A DNA stretch of 47,870 nt, from NCBI GenBank assembly GCA_002378975.1, contig DFST01000109.1, positions 1 to 47,870 on the forward strand. The letters are read 5' to 3'. The stretch comes from Chitinophagaceae bacterium UBA3430 (lineage in GTDB: Bacteria; Bacteroidota; Bacteroidia; Chitinophagales; Chitinophagaceae). Positions 1-9,833 of the stretch are shown here, piece after piece. Both the position numbers and the translations under genes were made by a program. A model generated the notes under the pieces. It was not told where the DNA came from. It ran no database searches and was given only the letters and a program-made list of their open reading frames with translations. Every line of letters starts with the position of its first letter. The stretch's first letter is position 1.

Positions 1-270
1 CACGCCAAACGCGGCTACGGCCGCACACTATTTGCGCAAGGTCTCCGGATCCAGGACCACTCCGTTGCCGATCAGGTTCTGGATACCAGCGTGAAAAATA
101 CCAGAGGGGATCTGATGCAATACGATCTTTTGATCGTTCACATACAAGGTGTGACCGGCATTGGGTCCACCCTGAAAACGAGCCACCAATTGATAATCCT
201 TGGCAAAAAAATCAACGATTTTTCCTTTGCCTTCATCGCCCCATTGCAGTCCGAGTAATACGTCCACCAT
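1..270 (-). CDS. purA: Adenylosuccinate synthetase, N-terminal part (runs off the left edge; in-frame TAG at 28-30)
   Basis: [20 protein letters not shown] and [11 protein letters not shown] are PurA signatures. ATG at 270 chosen over 291. After the TAG the frame continues CAAVAAFGV to base 1. Confidence 0.93.
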
Positions 271-305
271 ATTTGGAAAATTGATGCGCATGATTATACG
301 CGACG

Positions 306-313
306 CAAAAATA
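306..313 (-). promoter_or_regulatory. Bacteroidota sigma-70 -7 element (TATTTTTG) for purA
   Basis: Exact match to TAnnTTTG, about 36 nt upstream of the ATG at 270. Confidence 0.6.
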
Positions 314-383
314 ACGCGATGATTCTTCTCGTTGGAGAAAAACTGAGCCGTTTATGAAAATGATTCGCCGTTGGGGATAACTC

Positions 384-3300
384 TTATCGAATCAGCGTCA
401 CCGCTCCTTTTTTCGTAATGACCCGATTGTCTTTTGTCAGTCCTTCGATCATCCACACATAGGTTCCACCGGGTTGCTGAACGCCGCCCAGGGTGCCATC
501 CCAACCCACATGTAGTTTCGCGGTGCTGAACAACAATTGACCCCAACGATTGAATACCCGGAAATAATTGTAACTCTTCATGCCTACGGGGAAAGGCGTG
601 AATTTATCGTTTCGTCCGTCGTTATTGGGCGTAAATCCGGTCGGCACGTAAATATCGGGGCCTTTATAAACGCGCACGTTTACATAGCCTTCACCCCGAC
701 AACCCGCTTGCGTAGAGGCAATCACGCGATATTGAATGTCTTGGCCAATAGCTCCGACGGTCACGATCGGGTTGGGGATCGATGGATCGCTCAATCCTAC
801 AGCAGGCGACCAGACAAAGGTGGTTGCATCCGGATCATTGGGCACGGCCAACAACTGAAATTGATCGCCCGGATAGCCAATGGTGTCGTACGGATATGTT
901 TTCAATTTCAACGGCGGTGTTACGTCTATCGTCATCTCATCGGTGATCAGGGATGCGCAACCATTGGCATCGGCCAGGATGGATAAGGTATAAGTAATGT
1001 CCTTGGAGGGTGTGGAGATCGGATTCGCGATGGTAGTGCTGCTCAAATACGTAGCGGGTGTCCAGCGGTATTGAACCCCACCCGACGCCTGAAGCTGATG
1101 GGTTTGTCCATAGCAAATGAATCCATCCGGACCCGCATTGGGGATCGGCGCTGCATTGACGTTCACGATCACCGTGTCGTAAGCCACGCATCGGCCATAG
1201 GTGGCTGTAACGATGTATTGGGTGGTTACGATCGGATTGGCCACCGGATTGGCAATATTGGCATTGGTCAGTGCCGTTGTAGGCGACCAACTGTATTGAA
1301 GCGCATTGGATACCAGGTTCAGTTGTGTCGATTTGCTCTCACAGATCGTTGGATCTATTTGTGGCGTCAATACGAGATCGTTGGTAAGTCCCACGGTTGT
1401 GTTGAAACTGGTATTGCACCCCAATGCATCTTTTACCTGCACGACGTAGTTACCCGGCGCCACATTGAAGGTCGTGGAGGCCTGCCAGGTATTTCCCCCA
1501 TCGATGGAGTATTGATAACTACCATTTCCACCCGTAGCGGCAACCACGATCTGTCCGTCGTTGCCGCCATTACAAGTTGCGTTCGTATTGGCCGAAACTG
1601 CTGCCAACAAATTGGGTTGAGTCACGGTAATCGGAATGGTGGTTATACAACCGTTGTTGTCTTTGATGGTGATCGTGTACGAACCCGCAACTACTAGAAA
1701 ACTATCAATAGTCTGCCAAGTAGTACCGTTTAACGAGAACTGATACGGGGCGATGCCACCGGTTCCGGCGACTCGGATGATTCCATTGGGCTGTCCGTTG
1801 CAAACAACCGGCACCGTCGTAGCGGAGGCCACCAAGGAAGTGGGCTGACCGACGGTGATGGTCAAATTCCCAAAGCATCCGTTTGCTTCGCGAAAATACA
1901 CCGTATAATTACCGGCCGCCAATCCGTTGAACTGATTGCTCGCTTGCCAAGTTGCATTATCCAAAGAATACTGATACGGAGCACTGCCTATCGTGGGTTG
2001 CGTTACCGTGATGGATCCCGTGCTTCCTCCGAAGCAAAGCGCATTGGTATTGGTGGCGGTGGTGGCCAGTGGCGGACCCACGGCAACATTCACGTTGATG
2101 ATGTTAGACGTGCAACCGGCTGCATCTTTCACGACGATGGTGTGGTTGCCGGCACTCAAGTTATTGAAGGTATATGGGGAAGCGCCAGGAACAAATGCAC
2201 CATTGTCGAGTGAGTACGTATAGGGCGCCGTGCCTGAATTCGGGGTAACAGTCACCGAGCCATTTGTGGCACCCTGACAACCGGTAGCCGCGCTGGTTAC
2301 AGCAGCTGAAAGCGCCGGACCGGCCGGTACATTCACCGTTATACTACGGATGCAACCCAATGCATCCACAATATTCACAGTGTGATTACCGGAAGAAAGA
2401 TTATTAAAGGTGAACGGACTGGCTCCTGCTTGGGCTGTCCCTCCATCAATGGCGAAGGTAAATGGCGCTACCCCTGCAGTCGTGGTTACAGTAACTGAAC
2501 CGTTGTTCACGGATGGGCAGGATGTTGCACCAGCCGTTCCGTTGGCAGCAATGCCCGTACCGGTCGATACGACCACATTCAATAGGTTGGTCGTACAGCC
2601 GTTCGAAAGATCTTTGACCAGGATGGTAAATCCGCCCGCAGCCAGATTTGAAAACGTGTAGGGGATCGTTCCCGGTACGGCAGCACCACCATTCAAACTA
2701 AACGTATAAGGCCCCGCACCACCCACGGATGTAACAGTAATGGAACCATTGTTCACGCCGGTACAAGCTGTGGCCGCATTGGTGGTGGTAGCCGGTAAAG
2801 CCCCAGACAACGTGACGGAAGCATTCAAGGTCAGCGTGCAAACGCCCGACGCATCTTTGATGTTAATGGTATACGCACCTTGAGCCAAGCCGGTAAACGT
2901 ATTGGAGGTCTGCCAGGTAACACCACCGTCGATGGAGAACTGATAAGGCATGCTCCCTCCAGCGACGTTGTTGAGGGTGATGGAGCCATTATTGGTTCCA
3001 CAAGAGGCGGGCAATACGTTGGCCGTACCCAACAAGCTGGATGGAAGTTTATTGACCGTGACGGAGTCGGTAAATACAATGTCATTCAAGGGGTTGTTGC
3101 AATCCTTGTAACGAACCTCCAGGTAATATTTGGTAGTGGGGTTGGGCGGACAGATGTTCGGGAAACTCAAGCCCAATTTACCAGCGGCTGTAGTGCTCGT
3201 ATCCGCAGCGGCTACCACATTGCCATTCAGGATCAAACTGGCCGACTTAAAGGTTGGAGCACCACCACTCGGAATGAATCGCCAACATTCATTCATGGCA

Positions 3301-4097
3301 TTATTCCCCCAAACAGTTGCGTTTCTCCCCGTCACCGCTACGGCTTGATTCCGCCCCCCATTTTGCATGCCCAAAATCGCACGTCCACCATTCCAAGCTG
3401 TACAGGAAGGTTTGTCTTTGATATAAACCTCCACGATCCCGGTGCCTTCATAGATCACCATTTCATTCGAGGCAAAATTCCCGGCGCATGACCCAGAAAA
3501 GTAGGGCACCTCATTAAAGCTGACGACGAATCGACGCTTGGGGGCCACACCTTCGATCCGGTATTCGATCCGCTTGTTGGCGCCAGGTTGATCGATGTCA
3601 ATGTCGTGATAAGGCCCGAAGATCATATTGGGCGCATAAGTGGTGCTTGGAATGGTTCCCCCGGCAACAATTGAATAACCACTACCGGTGGATGCCCGCG
3701 AAACATCAAAGCTGATCGCGGAGTTGGTACCAATAATCAAATTGGAGTAGGTAGAACCATAATAACAGATGGGGAATGGAACAGCGATGGAAGAGGTCCA
3801 CTGATCATCGAATCCAAATGAGTTGATTAGGGAGGTTACATTAATGCCTGTAGCGGTCACGTAGGGAAACGGAACATAGGCCGGAGTCGTGATCACATAA
3901 TCGGTGGATTGCTTGATGTGCGGGACCGTCGCAGCGATCGGCGTACAGGTAGTGCCACAAGGAAGATTGATGGTTCGGTTGGGGATCTCAAAAGTGGTGG
4001 CCGGATTTTGGGCATATAAGGAGCCGGACATGAAAATGCCGATCAAGGCCGACAAAAAAAATCGAGATGTAGCGTTCGCAACAGGTGTCATAAGCAT
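384..4097 (-). CDS. T9SS type-B CTD (gliding motility-associated C-terminal domain) surface protein with about 7 SprB-type repeats, 1237 aa
   Basis: Signal peptide ending LYA|Q. Seven C-x-G-x-NGSITV...GG..PY.YS.DGG...F.GL.AG.YT..VKDA.GC repeats. C-terminus YVPTGFTPNNDGRND...FNRWG...WDG...GTY...KGAVTLIR. Confidence 0.88.
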   Translation of the reverse strand: MLMTPVANATSRFFLSALIGIFMSGSLYAQNPATTFEIPNRTINLPCGTTCTPIAATVPHIKQSTDYVITTPAYVPFPYVTATGINVTSLINSFGFDDQWTSSIAVPFPICYYGSTYSNLIIGTNSAISFDVSRASTGSGYSIVAGGTIPSTTYAPNMIFGPYHDIDIDQPGANKRIEYRIEGVAPKRRFVVSFNEVPYFSGSCAGNFASNEMVIYEGTGIVEVYIKDKPSCTAWNGGRAILGMQNGGRNQAVAVTGRNATVWGNNAMNECWRFIPSGGAPTFKSASLILNGNVVAAADTSTTAAGKLGLSFPNICPPNPTTKYYLEVRYKDCNNPLNDIVFTDSVTVNKLPSSLLGTANVLPASCGTNNGSITLNNVAGGSMPYQFSIDGGVTWQTSNTFTGLAQGAYTINIKDASGVCTLTLNASVTLSGALPATTTNAATACTGVNNGSITVTSVGGAGPYTFSLNGGAAVPGTIPYTFSNLAAGGFTILVKDLSNGCTTNLLNVVVSTGTGIAANGTAGATSCPSVNNGSVTVTTTAGVAPFTFAIDGGTAQAGASPFTFNNLSSGNHTVNIVDALGCIRSITVNVPAGPALSAAVTSAATGCQGATNGSVTVTPNSGTAPYTYSLDNGAFVPGASPYTFNNLSAGNHTIVVKDAAGCTSNIINVNVAVGPPLATTATNTNALCFGGSTGSITVTQPTIGSAPYQYSLDNATWQASNQFNGLAAGNYTVYFREANGCFGNLTITVGQPTSLVASATTVPVVCNGQPNGIIRVAGTGGIAPYQFSLNGTTWQTIDSFLVVAGSYTITIKDNNGCITTIPITVTQPNLLAAVSANTNATCNGGNDGQIVVAATGGNGSYQYSIDGGNTWQASTTFNVAPGNYVVQVKDALGCNTSFNTTVGLTNDLVLTPQIDPTICESKSTQLNLVSNALQYSWSPTTALTNANIANPVANPIVTTQYIVTATYGRCVAYDTVIVNVNAAPIPNAGPDGFICYGQTHQLQASGGVQYRWTPATYLSSTTIANPISTPSKDITYTLSILADANGCASLITDEMTIDVTPPLKLKTYPYDTIGYPGDQFQLLAVPNDPDATTFVWSPAVGLSDPSIPNPIVTVGAIGQDIQYRVIASTQAGCRGEGYVNVRVYKGPDIYVPTGFTPNNDGRNDKFTPFPVGMKSYNYFRVFNRWGQLLFSTAKLHVGWDGTLGGVQQPGGTYVWMIEGLTKDNRVITKKGAVTLIR

Positions 4098-4161
4098 TGA
4101 TGTATCCTTAAAGTACTCCGGAGTCTACAATATACAAAAATGAAGTAAGAACGGGCGTTCA

Positions 4162-6402
4162 CTAAGCCGGAATATCCTCCATGTCGTAGCGATCAACCCG
4201 CTCAATGCCCGGTAGCTGCTGCAGCCGCCGGACCAGCGCATCCAGTTCCTCCCGGTCGTGTACGTACAATTTGATGTTCCCTTCAAAAACACCCTCGTGC
4301 GCCTCAATGGTGATCGCATTGATGTTGATCCGCAGCTCCGCTGAAATCAGGTTGGTGATCTTGCTCACCACGCCCACATCGTCCATCCCCAGAATCTTGA
4401 TCCCGGTCAGGAAGGAGATCTCCTTATTCTTGGCCCATCGAGTCTTGACCACCCGATGCCCATAGCTGGCCAGTAATTTGGCCGCATTCGGACAGCTGGT
4501 CCGATGTATAGTCAGCCCCTTCCCCGTTGTAACAAATCCAAATACATCATCCCCGGGAATGGGTTTGCAGCAGTTTGCCAGTTGGTAAACGATCTTATCG
4601 CTTCGTTCTCCGAAAATGATCAGTTCCGCATCCTTCTTACCCAGACCGGGAATGAATTCCGGCTTCTCGGCCATGGGCTGCTTGACCGGCTTAGGCATCT
4701 CAAGCCGATCGCCGATAACCTGAAATTCCTTAAGATCTTTGAGATCGATTCGTTTAACAGCGATCTGATACAACAACTCCAGGGTATTATCCAGTTTGTA
4801 CCACCGTTGTAACTCTTCCAAATTATTTGCCGAAAAAGCGGCCCCCAGGCCTTCCAATTTGCGCTGCAACGTATACTTCCCCTCTTCCGCAATCCTTCTT
4901 TTTTCCTCTTTTAGTGCATCTCGGATCCGTCCTTTGGCTTTGGACGTAACCACAAAATTCAACCAGTCCTCCGACGCTTTCTGCTTGCTGCTCGTGATGA
5001 TCTCTACCTGATCGCCGCTTTGAAGCCGGTGACTGATCGGCACCAATTTGTGATTCACCTTCGCACCGATTGTTTTCACTCCGATGGCACTGTGAATGGA
5101 GAAGGCGAAATCCAATGACGTGGAGCCGACCGGCAACATCTTCACATCACCTTTCGGTGTATAGACATAGATTTCCTCCGCCAAAAAACTGGTCTTGAAA
5201 TCCTGTAAAAAATCGATGGTGTCGGTTTCTTGGTTGGTGATCACTTCACGGATCTGCTGAAACCATTGATCGAAGCGGCTTTCATCCGATGCATCTTCCT
5301 TGTATTTCCAATGGGCAGCCAATCCTTTTTCTGCAATCTCATTCATGCGACGTGTGCGGATTTGGACTTCCACCCATCGTCCTTGCGGACCCATCACTGT
5401 CGTGTGCAAGGCCTCATAGCCATTGGCTTTGGGATTGCTCAACCAATCGCGCAGGCGTTCCGGAGCGGGCGTGTACTCATCCGTGACCATCGAGTACACT
5501 TTCCAGCACTCTGCTTTTTCCAACTCGGAGGTTACATCGAGAATGATTCGGATGGCGAACAGATCATACACTTCCTCGAACTCCACCCCCTTCTTCTTCA
5601 TCTTGTTCCAGATGGAGTGAATGCTTTTGGGTCGACCGTGCACCTCGGCAATGATCTGGGCAGCTTCCAGTTTTTCCCGAATGGGTCGGATGAATTCATT
5701 GATGTAGCGGGTCCGTTCTTTTTTTGTCTCTGCCAATTTGCGTGCGATCTCCTTGTACGTCTCGGACTCCATATACTTCATCGACAGATCTTCCAATTCC
5801 GTCTTGATGTTGTACAATCCCATGCGATGCGCCAAAGGCGCATAGATGTAAACGGTTTCGGAAGAGATCTTGAGTTGCTTTTCGGCCTTCATGCAATCGA
5901 GCGTACGCATGTTGTGCAGTCGATCGGCCAGCTTGATGAGGATCACCCGCGGATCGTCGGTCAACGTCAGTAAGATCTTTTTGAAATTCTCCGCCTGTTT
6001 GGAGGCATTTACATCCACCACGTTGGCGATCTTGGTGAGACCATCCACGATCTTGGTGATCTCTGGACCAAACTCACGTCGAACGTCGTCCAATGTAACA
6101 TCGGTGTCTTCCACCGTATCGTGCAACAAACTGCAGATCGCAGAGCGAATGCCCAAACCGATCTCCTCGGAACAGATCTTGGCAACGGCCAGGGGATGCA
6201 AGATGTAGGGCTCCCCACTTTTTCTGCGCATGGTCTTGTGCGCTTCGGCCGACATCTCAAAGGCGATGCGCAGGAGCTTTTTATCGCCCGGCTTCATTTT
6301 GTTCTTCAACACCCGCAACAGCGATCGGTACTCACGGAGGATCAGTTTCTTCTCTTCCTCCAGGGACAGGCTGTATTTGGGTGTCTGTACGACGGTTTCC
6401 AT
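4162..6402 (-). CDS. relA: Bifunctional (p)ppGpp synthetase/hydrolase (long RSH, RelA/SpoT family)
   Basis: RKSGEPYILHP, an intact HDTVED hydrolase motif, KLADRLHNMRT, NGYEALHT, EVQIRT, AAHWKYKE, a TGS domain (VYTPKG...FAFSIHS), CC.PIPGD and a C-terminal ACT domain. Confidence 0.96.
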   Translation of the reverse strand: METVVQTPKYSLSLEEEKKLILREYRSLLRVLKNKMKPGDKKLLRIAFEMSAEAHKTMRRKSGEPYILHPLAVAKICSEEIGLGIRSAICSLLHDTVEDTDVTLDDVRREFGPEITKIVDGLTKIANVVDVNASKQAENFKKILLTLTDDPRVILIKLADRLHNMRTLDCMKAEKQLKISSETVYIYAPLAHRMGLYNIKTELEDLSMKYMESETYKEIARKLAETKKERTRYINEFIRPIREKLEAAQIIAEVHGRPKSIHSIWNKMKKKGVEFEEVYDLFAIRIILDVTSELEKAECWKVYSMVTDEYTPAPERLRDWLSNPKANGYEALHTTVMGPQGRWVEVQIRTRRMNEIAEKGLAAHWKYKEDASDESRFDQWFQQIREVITNQETDTIDFLQDFKTSFLAEEIYVYTPKGDVKMLPVGSTSLDFAFSIHSAIGVKTIGAKVNHKLVPISHRLQSGDQVEIITSSKQKASEDWLNFVVTSKAKGRIRDALKEEKRRIAEEGKYTLQRKLEGLGAAFSANNLEELQRWYKLDNTLELLYQIAVKRIDLKDLKEFQVIGDRLEMPKPVKQPMAEKPEFIPGLGKKDAELIIFGERSDKIVYQLANCCKPIPGDDVFGFVTTGKGLTIHRTSCPNAAKLLASYGHRVVKTRWAKNKEISFLTGIKILGMDDVGVVSKITNLISAELRININAITIEAHEGVFEGNIKLYVHDREELDALVRRLQQLPGIERVDRYDMEDIPA

Positions 6403-6493
6403 GCGCTACGAATTTACAAAAATTCAGGCATAGGAAGCCACGCATCCCGTCGCAAGGATCTAAGAAAACAAGGATCAGGAGAAGCCGATCAAA

Positions 6494-7399
6494 TCACGAC
6501 TTACGTTTAATGAAATCGTAACGCAATACAATTTCATGCGCGTTCGCTCCTTTATCGAAAACACTCAGCGGCGTGCTATAAATATCGAAGCAATAACCAA
6601 TGACGAACTTGTTTTGCAATTTGAACCCCGCCGACAGCATCCAACTTTGGCGCGCCCGCAAGGACAATCCCCACCACAAAAGTTCTTTATGCTCGACACG
6701 CATGCCGGCTTGTAACTCTGTCGGAGCGTTCGGCAAATACACCAACAGCAAATTGGGGATGATGCGGGTCGCATCGTCTACTTGCCAAACATAATTTCCG
6801 TGCAAATAGAAGTGCCGATACAACCGCGCCTCTTCGGATCGAGAGAGGTTTCCACTGTAAAAATCGAGTTTGGTCTGTATCAACTGACTGACCGAGGCTC
6901 CCAACTGCCAGTTCTTGGCAGTATATGAAATCCCCAATCCGGCATCGCCCTTGATCCGATTTTCGGAAGCAGCCAAAACCGGATCACTGCCCAAGGAGGC
7001 CTGTAGAAAGGATTTATCCAATGAAAATTGTTGAAACCTCGCTTCCAGCCCGACCGAGAAAAAGGCATCTTTCTTCACCGGAACATGATAGGCGTAAGCC
7101 GTTTGTAAGCCGGTACGCTTCGTCGGACCGGTCACATCGCTATAGAGGTATCCGCCCAGTCCCACACGCCCCCCTTGCATCGAAGTGGATCCAAACAGCA
7201 ACGTTGTTTTAGGACTTCCTTCGATTCCACTCCACATACTTCGATGCGAAGCCCCAACCATTGATTTTTGAGCTACCCCAACGACCGATGGGTTGTGTAA
7301 GTATCCATGCTGATCATACAAGGAAGACACCATCAATTGTTGTGCAGCGACGGAATGGAAAAGCCCCAGTATTATGGATAGTGCAGTTAATAAACGCAT
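6494..7399 (-). CDS. PorP/SprF family T9SS outer-membrane beta-barrel protein
   Basis: Signal peptide then QQ, NPSVVG, RSMWSGIEGSPKT, GLGGYLYSDVTGP, AYAYHV and C-terminal IGYCFD...HEIVLRY. Lies directly downstream of a type-B CTD gene, the usual PorP context. Confidence 0.9.
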   Translation of the reverse strand: MRLLTALSIILGLFHSVAAQQLMVSSLYDQHGYLHNPSVVGVAQKSMVGASHRSMWSGIEGSPKTTLLFGSTSMQGGRVGLGGYLYSDVTGPTKRTGLQTAYAYHVPVKKDAFFSVGLEARFQQFSLDKSFLQASLGSDPVLAASENRIKGDAGLGISYTAKNWQLGASVSQLIQTKLDFYSGNLSRSEEARLYRHFYLHGNYVWQVDDATRIIPNLLLVYLPNAPTELQAGMRVEHKELLWWGLSLRARQSWMLSAGFKLQNKFVIGYCFDIYSTPLSVFDKGANAHEIVLRYDFIKRKS

Positions 7400-7417
7400 C
7401 GTGGTAATTTTTTTTCT

Positions 7418-9643
7418 TTAACGCAGAATGGTGAGATTCCCTTTCAAGGTCTCAACTCGACTATTGATCAACTGATAGGTAATGATGAAATAATAGGTGC
7501 CGTCCGGAAGGGGCTTGCCTTTGTAGGTTCCGTCCCAGGTATTCCGGTAATCGGACGACTCAAACACCTTCGCGCCATACCGATTAAAGACTTGCGCACG
7601 GGCACTCGACAAGCAACTACCATCGGTGATCAACCATTTATCGTTGATTCCATCTCCATTGGGGGTAAAGGCACGCATCGGCTTGATGCAATACGGAACC
7701 ACGGTCAACGTCATGTCGTCCGTGGCCACACATCCTTGAGACGTGGTAACCCGCAAACGATAGGTAGTCGTTGCACTAGGCGTCGCCACTGGATTCAATA
7801 TCGTAGCGTCGCTCAATCCGGTCGACGGACTCCACAAATACGAGCCGGCCGATGCCGTTGCTTGCAATTGATATCGGTCGCCGGCGATCACGAGCGCATC
7901 GGATCCCGCGTTGGCCACGGCCCCCGAGAACACCACCACCGTAACAGATTGTTGCGTTGAACAAACCCCCAATGTTCCTGTCAGGGTATAAGTGGTTGTA
8001 ACCGTTGGGCTCAGGGTTGGATTGGCTATGGCTGCATTACTGACACCCGTGACCGGACTCCAAGCATAAGCATTGGCGTTGCTGGTCACACTGGGACTGA
8101 AAGAAGCACCGGAACATATGCTGCCCCCGGCGATTGCATTCATGGTCAGATTATTCGTGAACAGAATGGCCACCGTGCTAGTGACCGTACAACCCGTTGC
8201 CGGATTGCGGGTTTTCACCGAATAGGTGCCGCCGGCCAAACCGCTGAATGTATTGGAAGATTGATAGGTAATCCCACCATCGATGCTGAATTCATACGGT
8301 GGAACGCCCCCGCCGGAAGCATTGACCGTGATGGTTCCGGGTGTAGTGCAGGCAGCATCTGTTTTGGAAATGTTTTGTATCAACGGGTTTGCGGCCGTCA
8401 ACACCACCGTCTGCGTAGAGGTGCAGTTCAATGCATCCTTGACTTTAATGGTGTAGGTACCTCCTGCCAAACCGCTGAATGTATTGGAAGATTGATAGGT
8501 AACTCCGCCGTCAATGCTATACTGATAGGGGGGATTACCGCCGGTGGCCGTCAGCGTAATGCTTCCGTTGGGCTGACAAGTGGGATCAACCTTATTGATG
8601 GTAACGCCGGGAGCTGATTTTTTGACGATCACGGTATCGGTAAACACGACATCATTGGCTGGGTTATTGCAATCACCGTATTTTACTTCGATGACGTAAG
8701 CCGAGCTGTCTGCCAAAGGACAAACGTTGGGGAAATTTAAGTTCAAGACACCGGGGGCGGACGTAGATGTATCGGCATTCGCAACCGGAGAACCATTGAG
8801 CAGCAATCGGGCAGATTTCAACTGAGAGGCGCCACCGCTCGGAATAAAGCGCCAACAAGAGTCCATACCGTTCGTACCCCATTGGGTCGCATTTTTGCCC
8901 GAAGCAGTTATGGCTGCATTGCGCGCCTGATTTTGCATACCCAAAATCGTCAGACCACTATTCCAGCCGGTGCAAAAGGGCTTGTCTTTTATGTATACCT
9001 CTACGATCCCAGTTGCCTCGTACAAAACCATTTGATGGGTGGCAAAATAGGCCGCGCAGCTACTGCCGAAATAAGGCACGGCGTTATAGCTAACGATGAA
9101 TCTTCTTTTGGGCGCTACCCCTTCTATTCGATACTCGATCCGCTTGTTGGTACCGCCCGGCTGATCAATGTCTATATCGTGATACGGACCAAAAATCATC
9201 GAAGGCGCATACGTGGTGTTTGGAATGGCACCGGTCGTGGAGCTGATGGAATAACCACTGCCGGTTGAAGCGCGGGATGTATCGAACGTGACGGCTGAAT
9301 TCGTTCCGATCAACAGGGTCGGATAACTAACTCCATAATAACAAAATGGGAAAGTAATGGGCACTTTGGAGGTCCACTGATCGTCGTAGAAACTACCGCT
9401 GATCAAGGTACGCACGTCAATACCCGTTGCGGTTACGTAGGAAAATGGGGCATAGGCCGGATTGGTGACCACATAACTGTTGGACTGTTTGATGTGCGGT
9501 ACCTGGGCCGAGATCGAGGTGCAGCCGGTGCCACAAGGCAGGTTGATCAACCGATTGGCTATGGTGAATGTAGTGGCTGGATTTTGCGTGTTTCCCGACA
9601 CGACAACGAATAACAGCAGTGCAAGAATGTTTAAGATTCTCAT
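7418..9643 (-). CDS. T9SS type-B CTD surface protein with 2 SprB-type repeats, paralog of 384-4097
   Basis: Start moved to MRILNILALLLFVVVSGNT|Q (signal peptide). N-terminal ~330 aa closely similar to 384-4097. C-terminus AFTPNGDGIND...FNRYG...WDGTYKGKPLPDGTYYF...KGNLTILR. Confidence 0.88.
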   Translation of the reverse strand: MRILNILALLLFVVVSGNTQNPATTFTIANRLINLPCGTGCTSISAQVPHIKQSNSYVVTNPAYAPFSYVTATGIDVRTLISGSFYDDQWTSKVPITFPFCYYGVSYPTLLIGTNSAVTFDTSRASTGSGYSISSTTGAIPNTTYAPSMIFGPYHDIDIDQPGGTNKRIEYRIEGVAPKRRFIVSYNAVPYFGSSCAAYFATHQMVLYEATGIVEVYIKDKPFCTGWNSGLTILGMQNQARNAAITASGKNATQWGTNGMDSCWRFIPSGGASQLKSARLLLNGSPVANADTSTSAPGVLNLNFPNVCPLADSSAYVIEVKYGDCNNPANDVVFTDTVIVKKSAPGVTINKVDPTCQPNGSITLTATGGNPPYQYSIDGGVTYQSSNTFSGLAGGTYTIKVKDALNCTSTQTVVLTAANPLIQNISKTDAACTTPGTITVNASGGGVPPYEFSIDGGITYQSSNTFSGLAGGTYSVKTRNPATGCTVTSTVAILFTNNLTMNAIAGGSICSGASFSPSVTSNANAYAWSPVTGVSNAAIANPTLSPTVTTTYTLTGTLGVCSTQQSVTVVVFSGAVANAGSDALVIAGDRYQLQATASAGSYLWSPSTGLSDATILNPVATPSATTTYRLRVTTSQGCVATDDMTLTVVPYCIKPMRAFTPNGDGINDKWLITDGSCLSSARAQVFNRYGAKVFESSDYRNTWDGTYKGKPLPDGTYYFIITYQLINSRVETLKGNLTILR
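8235..8502. repeat. Two identical 37-bp direct repeats (8235-8271 and 8466-8502) in adjacent SprB-type modules
   Basis: gccaaaccgctgaatgtattggaagattgataggtaa occurs twice, 231 bp apart, and encodes TYQSSNTFSGLA. Confidence 0.9.
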
Positions 9644-9806
9644 CCGAAGAAAGTTTGGTTTTGGTACAAAATGAACATCAAGCAGACAAAAGGATTTGCC
9701 AATACCTGTGTTCAGCGGATTAAGATAAACACTTTTCATGAAATCTAGCCCCAGGAACAGGGTTCAACCAAAGCAGCAAAAACCCGATTTTATGGGCAAT
9801 TCCCCC

Positions 9807-9814
9807 TACCTTTG
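9807..9814 (+). promoter_or_regulatory. -7 promoter element (TACCTTTG) for tRNA-Leu/tig
   Basis: Exact TAnnTTTG match about 20 nt upstream of the tRNA. Confidence 0.7.
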
Positions 9815-9833
9815 CGACCCGCAAAACCAACAT

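Noticed and set aside
1400-3010. Periodic repeats in the long adhesin as a possible CRISPR or DNA repeat array
   Set aside because: They are degenerate in-frame protein repeats, not identical DNA repeats with unique spacers.
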